Part shown: positions 33,320 to 44,685 of the stretch, one piece after another
Layout: each line of letters opens with the position of its first letter
Numbering within the stretch: the stretch's first letter is position 1
NCBI GenBank assembly: GCA_022571365.1
Contig: JACZXZ010000008.1
Coordinates: forward strand, 2,262-66,261
Direction of reading: 5' to 3'
DNA: 64,000 bases
Source of the DNA: Pseudomonadota bacterium
Lineage (GTDB): Bacteria; Pseudomonadota; Alphaproteobacteria; G022571365
The notes under the pieces: generated by a model
Database searches by the model: none
What the model was told of the DNA's origin: nothing
What the model saw: only the letters and a program-made list of their open reading frames with translations
Position numbers and translations under genes: made by a program

Positions 33320-34174
33320 CTACCGCAACCGCTCGGCTTTGAACAGTTCATTGGGTCTCACGATCTGATCCTGGGCGGCGACGATCTGAAGCTCGCTCAC
33401 GCCCGCCTCGCGGGTTGCCGCCATGATCGCATAGATGGCCGAGACCGACCGGGAAAGGGCCTCGGCGGTCTCTCGGGAGACGAGGAAATGGGCCAGGAAC
33501 AAGGCGGAGAAAGCGTCCCCGGCACCGTTCGAGGGGGCCTCCAGATAGGGCGTTTCGACGGCCCAGGCCTCTCCCTCGCCGACCGCGAGGGCGGCGATGG
33601 TCTCCTCCTTGTCGGCGGCGGCCCTGCGCAGCCCGGTGACGACGACCCAGCTCGGGCCCATCCCGCGCACCATATCGGCGGCGGCCAGCGCGTCCTCGAG
33701 CGTGGCCGCCGGGCGCCCGGAGAGGTATTCGAGCTCGAAGGCGTTGGGGATGACGATATCCGCTTTCGGCACGGCGCGCTCGCGGAAGAACTCGGGGATG
33801 CCGGGGCGGACGAAGAAGCCGCGGTCGATACTACCCATCACGGGATCGCAGCAATAGATCGCGCGCCGATTGGCGGCCCGCACCTCGGCGACCGCGTCCA
33901 GGACCACCTCGCCGAGGGCCGCGTCGCCCAGATAGCCGCTCAACACCGCGTCGCACCGGGCGAGCACGCCGCGTTCGGCGACGCCCCGAATGATCTCGGC
34001 GAGCTCGGTCGTATCCGAGACGCGGCCGCGCCAATCGCCATAGGCCGGATGATTCGAGAACTGGACGGTATTGACTGGCCAGACCTCGTGACCGAGCCGT
34101 TGCAGAGGAAACACCGCGGCCGAGTTGCCCACATGGCCATAGGCGACGGTCGACTGAATCGAGAGGATGTTCAT
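33320..34174 (-). CDS. pdxY: Pyridoxal/pyridoxine kinase
   Basis: Ribokinase-like PdxY motifs (ILSIQSTVAYGHVGN, the DAVLSGYLG, DPVMG). Confidence 0.85.
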   Translation of the reverse strand: MNILSIQSTVAYGHVGNSAAVFPLQRLGHEVWPVNTVQFSNHPAYGDWRGRVSDTTELAEIIRGVAERGVLARCDAVLSGYLGDAALGEVVLDAVAEVRAANRRAIYCCDPVMGSIDRGFFVRPGIPEFFRERAVPKADIVIPNAFELEYLSGRPAATLEDALAAADMVRGMGPSWVVVTGLRRAAADKEETIAALAVGEGEAWAVETPYLEAPSNGAGDAFSALFLAHFLVSRETAEALSRSVSAIYAIMAATREAGVSELQIVAAQDQIVRPNELFKAERLR

Positions 34175-34411
34175 GGCGCGCCAGGGGTCAGGGTTGCTCC
34201 CGGGCACTTGGTTTGGTCAATCCGCATACCACCCCACCGAGATCCTCTGCCCTCGAGGAGAAGGGCGATCCGATTGAGATCGTTTGCGAATTTCCCTCCT
34301 CCTTGGTGGCAAGCGGATGCCGCCGCCATCGATGGGGGAGGGGGTGAGGACCGACTCATGCTGCTCTCGTAACCACGCGCGAGGCGCTCCAGCTTGCCAC
34401 GTCCGACCGTT

Positions 34412-34547
34412 ACTTTATAGTCTCGATAATCCTACTTTATAGTCTCGATAATCCTGGGCGCCTTGCGTGGAGACAGGTAGGAGACGAGTGATAGTTTCGA
34501 TAATCTCGGCCGCCTTGCGTGGCGTACAGGTAGGAGACGAGTGAGTG
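34412..34547. repeat. Compound tandem repeats overlapping the RBS and start of the CitE-like gene
   Basis: A 22-bp ACTTTATAGTCTCGATAATCCT occurs twice. A ~33-bp CGCCTTGCGTGGMGWACAGGTAGGAGACGAGTGA then occurs twice. The second copy supplies the AGGAGA Shine-Dalgarno of the gene; the first is a duplicate upstream. Confidence 0.7.
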
Positions 34548-34549
34548 TC

Positions 34550-35437
34550 ATGGCGGAGACCGTGCGCCCGCGCCGCAGTGTTCTCTATATGCCGGGATCG
34601 AACACCCGCGCCCTCGAGAAGGGCAAGACGCTTCCCGCCGACGCGCTGATCCTCGACCTCGAGGATGCGGTCACGCCCGACGCTAAGGCCGAGGCGCGCC
34701 GCCAGGTTTGCGCGGCGGTCAAGGCGGGCGGCTATGGCCGGCGAGAGGTCGTCGTCCGCGTCAACGGTCTCCATACCCCTTGGGGCCACGACGACTTGGT
34801 CCAGGTCTCAGAGGCGGGCCCGGATGCGGTCCTACTGCCCAAGCTCGTGAGTGTGGGCATGGTGCGCGAGGCCGGACGGTTGATGGAGCAGCACGGCGCG
34901 CCCGAGAATATGGCCCTCTGGTGCATGATGGAAACCCCGCTCGATGTCCTCCACGCCGAGGAAATCGCCTCCTCCAGCCCGCGTGTCGCCTGCCTGGTCG
35001 TGGGCACCTCGGACCTCACCAAGGATCTCCATGCCAGCCACACGGCCGAGCGCCTGCCGCTGTTGACCAGCATGGGGCTGTGCCTGCTGGCCGCCCGCGC
35101 CTACGGGCTCGCCATCCTCGACGGCGTCCATCTCGACCTCGCGGATGACGAAGGCTTCGCGCGCGCCTGCCGGCAAGGCGCCGAGCTCGGCTTCGACGGC
35201 AAGACGCTGATCCACCCCAAGACCATCGCGGTCGCCAACGAAGCCTTTGCGCCGTCGGTGGAAGACGTCGCTTGGTCACGCAGGATCATCGCCGCCCACG
35301 CCGAGGCTGCCGCCGAAGGCAAGGGCGTGGTCGTCGTCGACGGCAAGCTGGTCGAGGCCCTCCACGTCGAGGGTGCACGCCGCCTGGTCGCGCTCGCGGA
35401 AGCCATCGAAGAGCTGGAACAGGCGGCGTCCTCATGA
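34550..35437 (+). CDS. HpcH/HpaI-CitE family acyl-CoA lyase/thioesterase (malyl-CoA or citramalyl-CoA lyase / Mcl2-like)
   Basis: ~295 aa CitE-like. N-terminal RRSVLYMPGSN, LILDLEDAV and the DxxxxxxD metal motif region (MMETPL). It pairs with the downstream MaoC hydratase gene. Confidence 0.7.
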   Translation: MAETVRPRRSVLYMPGSNTRALEKGKTLPADALILDLEDAVTPDAKAEARRQVCAAVKAGGYGRREVVVRVNGLHTPWGHDDLVQVSEAGPDAVLLPKLVSVGMVREAGRLMEQHGAPENMALWCMMETPLDVLHAEEIASSSPRVACLVVGTSDLTKDLHASHTAERLPLLTSMGLCLLAARAYGLAILDGVHLDLADDEGFARACRQGAELGFDGKTLIHPKTIAVANEAFAPSVEDVAWSRRIIAAHAEAAAEGKGVVVVDGKLVEALHVEGARRLVALAEAIEELEQAASS

Positions 35438-35567
35438 CGGCTTTCTCCCGCGGCTTGATAAGGCGTCCCACGGCGGCCCGCCCGCCGGGAGGCGCCGGGC
35501 TGGGGATCGGGCGCGCGAACGGGGGAGTTGCCGCCGGGACGGCGCTTCATTTTTCCATGGCGACGGA

Positions 35568-36638
35568 ATGACCAAGGCCGGAATGACCAAGGCCGGTTCG
35601 GGAAACTTCTTCGAGGATTTCAGGCTCGGCCAGGAAATCCGCCACGCCACCCCGCGCACGGTAACCCGCGGCGACGTCGCCCTGTACACGGGGCTCTATG
35701 GCCCGCGCTTCGCGATCCAGTCCTCCGACGCCTTCGCCCGCGCCGTCGGCCTGCCCGCGGCGCCGGTCGACGACCTTCTGGTGTTCCATATCGTCTTCGG
35801 CAAGACGGTGCCGGACATTTCCCTGAACTCCGTCGCCAACCTGGGCTACGCGGGCTGCCGCTTCGGCGCTCGGGTCTTCCCGGGCGACACGTTGAGCGCC
35901 ACCTCGCGGGTGATCGGCCTCAAGGAGAACGCCAATCGCAAGACCGGCATCGTCCATGTCCGTTCGACCGGCCTCAACCAGGACGGTGCGACGGTGGTGG
36001 ACTACATCCGCTGGGTCATGGTGCGCAAACGCGACCCGGAGGCGCCGGCGCCGGAGGCGGTGGCGCCCGAACTCGAGGAAGCGGTCGCGGCCGAGGACCT
36101 CCAGGTGCCCGAGGGCTTGGATCTTTCGGCTTACGATACCGGCCTGGCTGGCGCGCCCCATCTGTGGGACGACTACCAGGCCGGCGAGACCATCGACCAC
36201 GTCGACGGCATCACCATCGAAGAAGCCGAGCACATGATGGCGACCAGGCTGTACCAGAACACCGCCCGGGTCCATTTCAACCAGCATGCGGCGAAGGAGG
36301 GCCGCTTCGGTCGGCGCATCGTCTATGGCGGCCATATCATGAGCCTCGCCCGAACGCTCAGCTTCAACGGCCTGGCCAACGCCTGCTTCATTGCCGCGAT
36401 CAACGGCGGACGCCACCTCGCCCCCACCTTCGCCGGCGATACGATCTACGCCTGGACTGAAGTGTTGGACAAGATCGCGCTTGCCGGCCGCGGCGACATC
36501 GGGGCCCTCAGGTTGCGCACCGTCGCCACCAAGGACCACCCCTGCCCCGACTTCCCGCTCAAGGGCGAGGACGGCAAGGACCACCCGCAGGTGGTGCTCG
36601 CGCTCGACTACACGGTGCTCATGAAGCGGCGCGGGTGA
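35568..36638 (+). CDS. MaoC-family double hot-dog enoyl-CoA hydratase (mesaconyl-CoA / itaconyl-CoA hydratase-like)
   Basis: ~356 aa with two hot-dog halves. The start region contains a 15-bp tandem duplication that yields MTKAGMTKAG. The upstream 107 codons of the reported ORF are junk. Confidence 0.7.
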   Translation: MTKAGMTKAGSGNFFEDFRLGQEIRHATPRTVTRGDVALYTGLYGPRFAIQSSDAFARAVGLPAAPVDDLLVFHIVFGKTVPDISLNSVANLGYAGCRFGARVFPGDTLSATSRVIGLKENANRKTGIVHVRSTGLNQDGATVVDYIRWVMVRKRDPEAPAPEAVAPELEEAVAAEDLQVPEGLDLSAYDTGLAGAPHLWDDYQAGETIDHVDGITIEEAEHMMATRLYQNTARVHFNQHAAKEGRFGRRIVYGGHIMSLARTLSFNGLANACFIAAINGGRHLAPTFAGDTIYAWTEVLDKIALAGRGDIGALRLRTVATKDHPCPDFPLKGEDGKDHPQVVLALDYTVLMKRRG

Positions 36639-36989
36639 CTTATATGGGCGCAGAGCAAAGCGTACCACAAAGTCTGGTGGCGCCGCCGGCGGCCAGATGG
36701 TAAAAAAAGGGCGTCAGGACGCTGGCTTGGAAAGCCCGCGTTAGGTGTCCGGGCGGGACACCCCCTGACGCCCCTGGAGCCGGCCCGGCCCCTGGCACCG
36801 AAAGCGTGCCGGGCATTGGACCGCTTGAGCAAGACGACGTCCCTGGCGAGCCGGTGCCTTGCCGGCGGGCGGCCCCACGCCCTTTGCAGGGCGCTGCCTT
36901 TCCGGACGACCGGTCCCTGGCGCCGACCCGGGCCTTCGGCTCGCGCGCCCCGCCTCCGAGGAAGCCTGGGCGCCGGGTCCAGGCAGCGC

Positions 36990-37235
36990 CACCCGCGAAC
37001 GGATTTTGCTGCCTCGCCGGGAAGACGGTTTCCCCGAAGGAAAATCCGTCGGCCCTTTGGCGCGGACCCCGAGCCTCTGGCCGGGTGCCGGTGCTTCCGA
37101 GGAAGTACCGACCGCCAAGCCCGGGCAGCACCTCCCGCGAACGGGAGTTTCTGCTTTTGCGGGGCCGATGCTTTTCCCGAAGGAGAAGCCGTCGGCCCTG
37201 CGGCCAAGCCCGGCGCGTGCCTGAGACGCGGCCTT
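36990..37235. repeat. Two degenerate tandem ~120-bp repeat units, each containing a REP-like hairpin motif (GCTTTTCC-CGAA-GGARAAGC-CGTCGGCC), in a 760-bp non-coding GC-rich region
   Basis: Unit A ...gacggtttccccgaaggaaaatccgtcggccc... Unit B ...gatgcttttcccgaaggagaagccgtcggccc... A third copy of the motif lies inside sucA at 48891-48921. Confidence 0.65.
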
Positions 37236-37888
37236 CCGTCCAGCGGCCCGTCGGTCTCGCGACCAACGGATCGCCGGTGGCGAACATCGCGGTCTCCGCG
37301 GAAACCGCTCTGTCCCGGAGCTTTGCTTCCTTCGCCTGACGCCCCGAACCTCGAAAGGCCCGCAGCATCCTGCTCGGGAGCGCATCGCTCCGACGCTCTC
37401 GCATGCCGGGTATTATCCTAAACCGTTCAAGACAAGATGCAATAAAAAATGGAATAGAAATTCATTTTTCTGTGTATAACTTCATTAATATTACACATAT
37501 ACCTCACAGTTTATTCATAGATTTATACACAATATGTGACTTCAAAAGTAAAACCCGGGGGTCGACTCAGTATGTAGTAGGGTCGAGCGGCGGCACATAC
37601 ATGTGCGCTTTCGCGATCCCGATCGCAGCGATCACCGTCCGATTCCTGGGACGCGACCCGACATCCCGGGGCGCGGAAAGGGCCTCGCATTGTCATGTCC
37701 GCCGACGCGCGTCTCCAGGCCTGGACAGGCCCTTGGCCGGCGCCAGGCGTCATGAAGTTGACACCCATAGGTCGCCGGTCTACACCAATCGAGCGGGGCA
37801 AGATCGCTCGATCGATTCCGGGGCTTTGCGCGGGGCTTTGCACGGGAGATTTACACGGGAGACAGGCTTTGCGCGAGAGACATTGGTC

Positions 37889-38281
37889 ATGACGGCGGAG
37901 AACCGCCCGCTTTCGCCCCACCTCCAGATCTACCGGCCGCAGCTCACCTCGGTGCTTTCGATTCTGCACCGCCTCACCGGCATCGCGCTGGCGGCCGGCA
38001 CGCTGCTTCTGGTGTGGTGGCTGGTCGCCGTGGCCGCCGGCCCGGCGGCCTTCGAGACGGTGCAGGGATTCATAGGCTCATGGTTCGGCCGCGCTCTCCT
38101 CTTGGGCTGGTCCTACGCCTTGTTCTATCACCTGGCGAACGGCATTCGGCACCTGGCCTGGGACGCCGGCTGGGGCTTTGAGCTCAAGACGGTCTACCTC
38201 ACGGGCTGGATGGTGATCTGGGCCTCGGTCGCCCTCACCCTGCTGGCCTGGATCTTGGGCTACAGCATGAGGGGAGGGTGA
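37889..38281 (+). CDS. sdhC: Succinate dehydrogenase cytochrome b556 subunit
   Basis: 130 aa. The N-terminal RPLSPHLQIYRPQLTSVLSILHRLTG matches the conserved SdhC heme-ligand region. Confidence 0.85.
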   Translation: MTAENRPLSPHLQIYRPQLTSVLSILHRLTGIALAAGTLLLVWWLVAVAAGPAAFETVQGFIGSWFGRALLLGWSYALFYHLANGIRHLAWDAGWGFELKTVYLTGWMVIWASVALTLLAWILGYSMRGG

Positions 38282-38284
38282 GGG

Positions 38285-38680
38285 ATGGGTCAGCCCCGGC
38301 GAAGCCTGCGCGCATTCCCGGGCTGGGTCCGGGGCCTCGGCTCCGCCGGGGAGGGGACGGCCCACTGGTGGGCCCAGCGGCTCACCGCCATCGCGCTCGT
38401 GCCCTTGACGGTTTGGTTCGTCGCCTCGCTCGCGGCGCTCGCCGGAGCCGACCATGACGCCGTGACCCAGTGGCTGGCCTCGCCGCTGGTCGCGGTCCTC
38501 ATGGTGGTTCTGCTCGTCGCCACCTTTCACCATGCCCAGCTCGGTCTCCAGGTGGTGATCGAGGACTACGTCCACCATGAAGGCCTCAAAACCGTTGGCA
38601 TTGTTGTGGTCAAGTTCGCCGCGCTGGGGCTCGGGCTGGTGAGCGTGTTCGCGGCGCTCAAGGTCACGCTTGGAGGTTAG
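38285..38680 (+). CDS. sdhD: Succinate dehydrogenase hydrophobic membrane anchor subunit
   Basis: 131 aa, three TM helices, and HHAQLGLQVVIEDY is typical of SdhD. Confidence 0.85.
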   Translation: MGQPRRSLRAFPGWVRGLGSAGEGTAHWWAQRLTAIALVPLTVWFVASLAALAGADHDAVTQWLASPLVAVLMVVLLVATFHHAQLGLQVVIEDYVHHEGLKTVGIVVVKFAALGLGLVSVFAALKVTLGG

Positions 38681-38686
38681 CCAGCG

Positions 38687-40477
38687 ATGACCAATGCCTA
38701 TGACATCGTCGATCATAGCCATGACGTGATCGTCGTCGGCGCCGGCGGTGCCGGACTGCGCGCGGCCTTCGGCATGGCCCACAAGGGTCTCAAAACGGCC
38801 TGTCTGTCCAAGGTATTTCCGACCCGCAGCCACACCGTCGCCGCCCAGGGCGGCATCTCGGCCCCCCTCGGCAATATGGGCGAGGACGACTGGCGCTGGC
38901 ACATGTACGACACGGTCAAAGGCTCGGACTGGCTGGGCGACCAGGACGCCATCGAATTCATGGTGCGCGAGGCCAACGCCGTGATCATCGAGCTCGAGCA
39001 TTTCGGCGTCCCGTTCTCGCGCACGCCCGAGGGCAAGATCTACCAGCGTCCGTTCGGCGGCATGACCACCCATTTCGGCGAAGGCAAGGCAGAGCGCACC
39101 TGCGCGGCCGCCGACCGCACCGGCCACGCCATCCTGCACGCGCTGTATCAGCAGTCCTTGAAGCATGGCGTGGAGTTCTTCATCGAGTATTTCGCCATCG
39201 ACCTGCTTATGGACGCCGACGGCGGCTGCGGCGGCGTGCTCGCCTGGTGCCTCGACGACGGCACCATCCACCGCTTCCGCGCCCCCATGACGGTGCTCGC
39301 CACCGGCGGCTATGGCCGGACCTATTTCTCCTGCACCTCGGCCCATACCTGCACCGGCGACGGCAACGCCATGGTGCTGCGCGCCGGGCTGCCGCTCCAG
39401 GATATGGAGTTCATCCAGTTTCACCCGACCGGCATATACGGCGCCGGCTGTCTCATCAGCGAGGGCTCGCGCGGCGAGGGCGGCTACCTCACCAACGCGC
39501 AAGGCGAGCGCTTCATGGAGCGCTACGCGCCCGCGGCCAAGGACCTCGCCTCGCGCGATGTGGTCAGCCGGGCCATGACCGTCGAGATCCGCGAGGGTCG
39601 GGGCGTGGGGCCCGACCGGGACCACATCCATCTGCACCTGGAACATCTGGACCCGAAGATGGTGGCCGAGCGCCTGCCCGGCATTTCGGAGACCGCCCGG
39701 ATCTTCGCCGGGATCGACCTCACCAAGGAGCCGATCCCGGTGCTGCCGACGTGCCATTACAACATGGGGGGGATTCCGACCAAGCATCGCGGCGAGGCCG
39801 TGACCTTGAGGGACGGCGACCCGGAGGCCGTGGTGCCGGGCCTCATGGCTATCGGCGAGGCTGCCTGCGTGTCGGTTCACGGCGCCAATCGCCTGGGCTC
39901 CAACTCGCTGTTGGACCTGATGGCGTTCGGCCGGGCTGCCGCCGAGCGCTGCGCCGGGATCGTCAAGGCGGGCGCGCCCGTGAGGCCGCTGGCCGAGGAC
40001 GCGAGCGATCGAGCGCTGGCCCGCTTCGATCGCCTCCGCCACGCCGACGGCGGCACCCCGACCGCGGCGCTCCGGCTCGAGATGCAGAAGACCATGCAGA
40101 GCAACTGCGCGGTGTTCCGCACGGCCGAGGTGCTCGAGGAGGGCGCCAGGCTCTTGGCCCTGGCCTGGGAGAAGCGCGGCGATTTGAAGGTCTCCGACCG
40201 GTCGATGATCTGGAACTCGGACCTGGTCGAGACCCTCGAGCTGGACAACCTCCTCTACCAGGCGGTGGTGTCGGTTCATTCGGCCGCGAACCGGACCGAA
40301 AGTCGCGGGGCGCACGCCCGCGAGGACTACCCCGAGCGCGACGACGAAAACTGGCTCAAACACACGCTGGTGTGGTGCGGCGACGACGGCAAGCCCAGGA
40401 TCGACTACCGGCCGGTCCACCTGCAGCCGCTCTCGAATGAGATCCAGTCGTTCCCGCCCAAGGCCAGGGTGTATTAG
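38687..40477 (+). CDS. sdhA: Succinate dehydrogenase flavoprotein subunit
   Basis: FAD-binding [14 protein letters not shown], the covalent FAD His region ([10 protein letters not shown]) and active-site HPTG/CHYNMGG. Confidence 0.95.
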   Translation: MTNAYDIVDHSHDVIVVGAGGAGLRAAFGMAHKGLKTACLSKVFPTRSHTVAAQGGISAPLGNMGEDDWRWHMYDTVKGSDWLGDQDAIEFMVREANAVIIELEHFGVPFSRTPEGKIYQRPFGGMTTHFGEGKAERTCAAADRTGHAILHALYQQSLKHGVEFFIEYFAIDLLMDADGGCGGVLAWCLDDGTIHRFRAPMTVLATGGYGRTYFSCTSAHTCTGDGNAMVLRAGLPLQDMEFIQFHPTGIYGAGCLISEGSRGEGGYLTNAQGERFMERYAPAAKDLASRDVVSRAMTVEIREGRGVGPDRDHIHLHLEHLDPKMVAERLPGISETARIFAGIDLTKEPIPVLPTCHYNMGGIPTKHRGEAVTLRDGDPEAVVPGLMAIGEAACVSVHGANRLGSNSLLDLMAFGRAAAERCAGIVKAGAPVRPLAEDASDRALARFDRLRHADGGTPTAALRLEMQKTMQSNCAVFRTAEVLEEGARLLALAWEKRGDLKVSDRSMIWNSDLVETLELDNLLYQAVVSVHSAANRTESRGAHAREDYPERDDENWLKHTLVWCGDDGKPRIDYRPVHLQPLSNEIQSFPPKARVY

Positions 40478-40557
40478 GGTGATGCCGTGCGCGCCGGCCG
40501 GGTGCGTTTCGATGATGGCTTTTAAAGGTTCTCCTTTGCGACCCAAGGATCGAGTCA

Positions 40558-41334
40558 ATGGTTGAGTTCGCGCTGCCCCGAAACTCCAGGGTCCGGCCGG
40601 GCCGGACCCACGAGGCGCCGCCGGGGGCGAAAAAGCCGCGGGCCTTCAAGGTCTATCGCTGGGACCCGGAGAGGGGCGAGAACCCGCGGCTGGACACCTA
40701 CGGGATCGATCTCGCCGATTGCGGGCCGATGGTCCTCGACGCGCTCATCAAGATCAAGGACGAGGTCGACGCGACCCTGACCTTCCGGCGTTCCTGCCGC
40801 GAGGGCATATGCGGCAGCTGCGCCATGAACATCGACGGCACCAACACGCTCGCCTGCACCAAGCCCATCTCCGATGTGAAGGGCGCGGTGAGAGTCTATC
40901 CCCTGCCCCACATGCCGGTGGTCAAGGATCTGGTGCCCGACCTCTCCGTGGCCTACGCCCAATACGCCTCGATCGAGCCGTGGCTCAAGGCCGAAAGCCC
41001 GGCGCCGGAGCGCGAGCGCCTCCAGAAGCCGGAGGATCGGGCCAGGCTTGACGGGCTGTGGGAATGCATCCTGTGCTTCTGCTGCACCACCAGCTGTCCG
41101 AGCTACTGGTGGACCGGCGACCGCTATCTGGGGCCCGCCGTCCTGTTGCAGGCCTATCGCTGGATCGCCGACAGCCGCGACGCGCGTACCGACGAGCGCC
41201 TCGACCAGCTCGAGGACCCGTTCCGGCTCTATCGCTGCCACACCATCATGAACTGCACCAAGACCTGTCCCAAGGACCTCAATCCGGCCAAGGCCATCGC
41301 CGAGATCAAGAAGCTCATGGTCGCCCGGCGCTAG
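40558..41334 (+). CDS. sdhB: Succinate dehydrogenase iron-sulfur subunit
   Basis: 2Fe-2S ([11 protein letters not shown]), 4Fe-4S ([12 protein letters not shown]) and 3Fe-4S ([12 protein letters not shown]) cysteine clusters. Confidence 0.95.
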   Translation: MVEFALPRNSRVRPGRTHEAPPGAKKPRAFKVYRWDPERGENPRLDTYGIDLADCGPMVLDALIKIKDEVDATLTFRRSCREGICGSCAMNIDGTNTLACTKPISDVKGAVRVYPLPHMPVVKDLVPDLSVAYAQYASIEPWLKAESPAPERERLQKPEDRARLDGLWECILCFCCTTSCPSYWWTGDRYLGPAVLLQAYRWIADSRDARTDERLDQLEDPFRLYRCHTIMNCTKTCPKDLNPAKAIAEIKKLMVARR

Positions 41335-41547
41335 GCCGCGGCGAGGCCCCGAGGATTGCCCCAGGCCGCCGGGGCCGCCCTGGGGGCGCATTTGACCGTG
41401 GCAGGAATCAACTGGGCCGGGGCACGATGGCGGCCGGGCTGTGCGCGGCGGGCGGGTCGGTTAGGCCTGGAGGTGGCGCGGACGGCGGGAGCGCGGCAAG
41501 GCTCCCGCCCAGCTCCGCCCGCCTCGGAAGAGCGGGAAGTCCCCTAT

Positions 41548-41754
41548 CTACGACAAGGCGATATCGCCGTCGATCTCGTAGCGGAGGTCGACGCTGTCGA
41601 TGGTCAGGGCCATCCGCGCCTTTAGGGTCTCGTTACCCGATATCCTGCCGGCTCTTATTGCCTCGCGCACCGCCTTTTCGATCTCGCGCTGGGAGCTCAC
41701 GCCGACCTTTTTCAAGTACTTGCGAATTTCCATGTTGAAGAGGTCTTCGTCCAT
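41548..41754 (-). CDS. Small conserved hypothetical protein (~68 aa)
   Basis: The ATG at 41754 is preceded by GGAGG. Translation MDEDLFNMEIRKYLKKVGVSSQREIEKAVREAIRAGRISGNETLKARMALTIDSVDLRYEIDGDIALS is compositionally protein-like. The reported 118-aa ORF has an implausible N-terminal extension. Confidence 0.5.
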   Translation of the reverse strand: MDEDLFNMEIRKYLKKVGVSSQREIEKAVREAIRAGRISGNETLKARMALTIDSVDLRYEIDGDIALS

Positions 41755-41913
41755 TGGTTCCTCCACCCTCAAGGGACGTTTCCGGTGCCGCGGCCACAAT
41801 AGCCGTTCGCCGGGGCCGGTGCCAGCCGGGCATCGGGGCCGTCTGCTGCGCTTGGCCGATCGGTTGTCGCCCGTCGGCTTCCAGGGCTCGGCCCCGATAA
41901 ACAACCCTCATAG

Positions 41914-43287
<1,374 letters not shown>

Positions 43288-43515
43288 GCGCTCTCGCGAA
43301 AGTCGGCGCCGCCTGATCAGGCCTCAGGGAGGCGGGCCGGGGCGAAGGCGTCCCTGGCCCGTCTTGACTCCGGAGTGCGCGGCTTGGCATGTTGCGCGCT
43401 CTGAGAAGGCTCATGCCATCACCGAAAAGGGGGTTTTCGGGAACGACGGGATTGGCCGCTCCCCAGGCGAGTGGTCAGGGAGATAGCTCCCCAAGCGAGT
43501 GGTCAGGGAGAGTAG

Positions 43516-44685
43516 ATGGACATCCACGAGTACCAGGCGAAGCAGATTCTTGCCAAATACGGCATCAACGTGCCCGTCGGCGACATCGCGTATCAAACCC
43601 ATGAAGCCGAACGCGTGGCGAAGTGGCTTGACGAAGACGTCATGGTCGTCAAGGCGCAGATCCACGCCGGCGACCGCGGCAAGGCCGGCGGCGTGAAGAT
43701 CGTCCGCTCGGTCCAGGAAGCGGTCGAGGCGGCCGATGACATGTTCGGCATGAGACTCGTCACGCCCCAGACCGGTCCCCAAGGCGAAAAGGTCCACCGG
43801 GTCTACATCGAGGCCGGGTGCGATATCGCTGACGAGCTTTATTTCTGCGTGCTCAACGGCCGCGATGCCAACGGCATCACCGTGATCGCCTCGACCGAAG
43901 GCGGCATGGAGATCGAAGAAGTCGCGGAGAAGACGCCGGAGAAGATCCTCAGGATCAACCTGGCGCCGGGGGTCGAGCTGCAGCCCCATCACGCCCGCAA
44001 GCTCTCCTACGACCTCGGGCTCAAGGGGAAGACGGCGCGGGCCGCAAGGAAGCTCATGATGAACGTGTTCCGGGCTTTCTATGACCTGGATGCCACCCTG
44101 ATCGAGATCAACCCACTGGCTCTGACCAATGCCGGCGACATCGTCGCCATCGACTGCAAGATGAGCTTCGACGACGACGCCCTCTACCGCCACAAGGACA
44201 TTGAAGAGCTCAGGGACGATGCCGAGATCGACCCCTTGGAGCTGGAGGCCGCGCGGCACGACCTCAACTACGTCAAGCTCACCGGCAATATCGGCCTCAT
44301 GGTCAACGGCGCCGGGCTGTCCATGGCGACCATGGACATCATCAAGCAATTTGGCGGCAAGCCGGCCAATTTCCTCGACGTGAGCGGCGCGGCCACGCCC
44401 GAGCGCGTGGCCGCGGCCTTCAAGCTCATTTATTCGGATCCCGACGTGAAGGGTATTCTAGTCAACATCTTCGGCGGCATGATGCGTTGCGATTCCATCG
44501 CCGAAGGTCTGGTAAGCGCGGCCCGCGAGGTGGGCTTGGGCAAGCCTCTGGTGGTGCGCCTGGAAGGCACCAATGTGAAATTGGGCCGGAAAATCCTTGA
44601 AGGGTCTGGCTTGCCGATCGAGTCTGTCAAGGGCATGGCGGAGGCTGCCGAGAAGATCGTCAATGCGGTGAAGAAAGCGGCGTAG
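43516..44685 (+). CDS. SucC-like NDP-forming acyl-CoA synthetase beta subunit, divergent paralog (malate thiokinase-like or other dicarboxylate-CoA ligase)
   Basis: ATP-grasp beta subunit with deviations from canonical SucC at conserved positions: [11 protein letters not shown] rather than [18 protein letters not shown] rather than [20 protein letters not shown] rather than DVGGGA. About two-thirds identity to the downstream copy. Confidence 0.75.
   Translation: MDIHEYQAKQILAKYGINVPVGDIAYQTHEAERVAKWLDEDVMVVKAQIHAGDRGKAGGVKIVRSVQEAVEAADDMFGMRLVTPQTGPQGEKVHRVYIEAGCDIADELYFCVLNGRDANGITVIASTEGGMEIEEVAEKTPEKILRINLAPGVELQPHHARKLSYDLGLKGKTARAARKLMMNVFRAFYDLDATLIEINPLALTNAGDIVAIDCKMSFDDDALYRHKDIEELRDDAEIDPLELEAARHDLNYVKLTGNIGLMVNGAGLSMATMDIIKQFGGKPANFLDVSGAATPERVAAAFKLIYSDPDVKGILVNIFGGMMRCDSIAEGLVSAAREVGLGKPLVVRLEGTNVKLGRKILEGSGLPIESVKGMAEAAEKIVNAVKKAA

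Noticed and set aside
36608-37421. Several 120-250-aa ORFs on both strands in the 36.6-37.4 kb region
   Set aside because: All are extreme Arg/Gly/Pro/Ala low-complexity, mutually overlapping, and lack RBS or start context. The DNA is instead organised as tandem repeats with hairpins, so it is called non-coding.
37400-37560. A small protein-coding gene in the AT-rich island upstream of sdhC
   Set aside because: Neither strand has an ORF longer than a few codons. It is interpreted as a regulatory or foreign AT-rich DNA segment.
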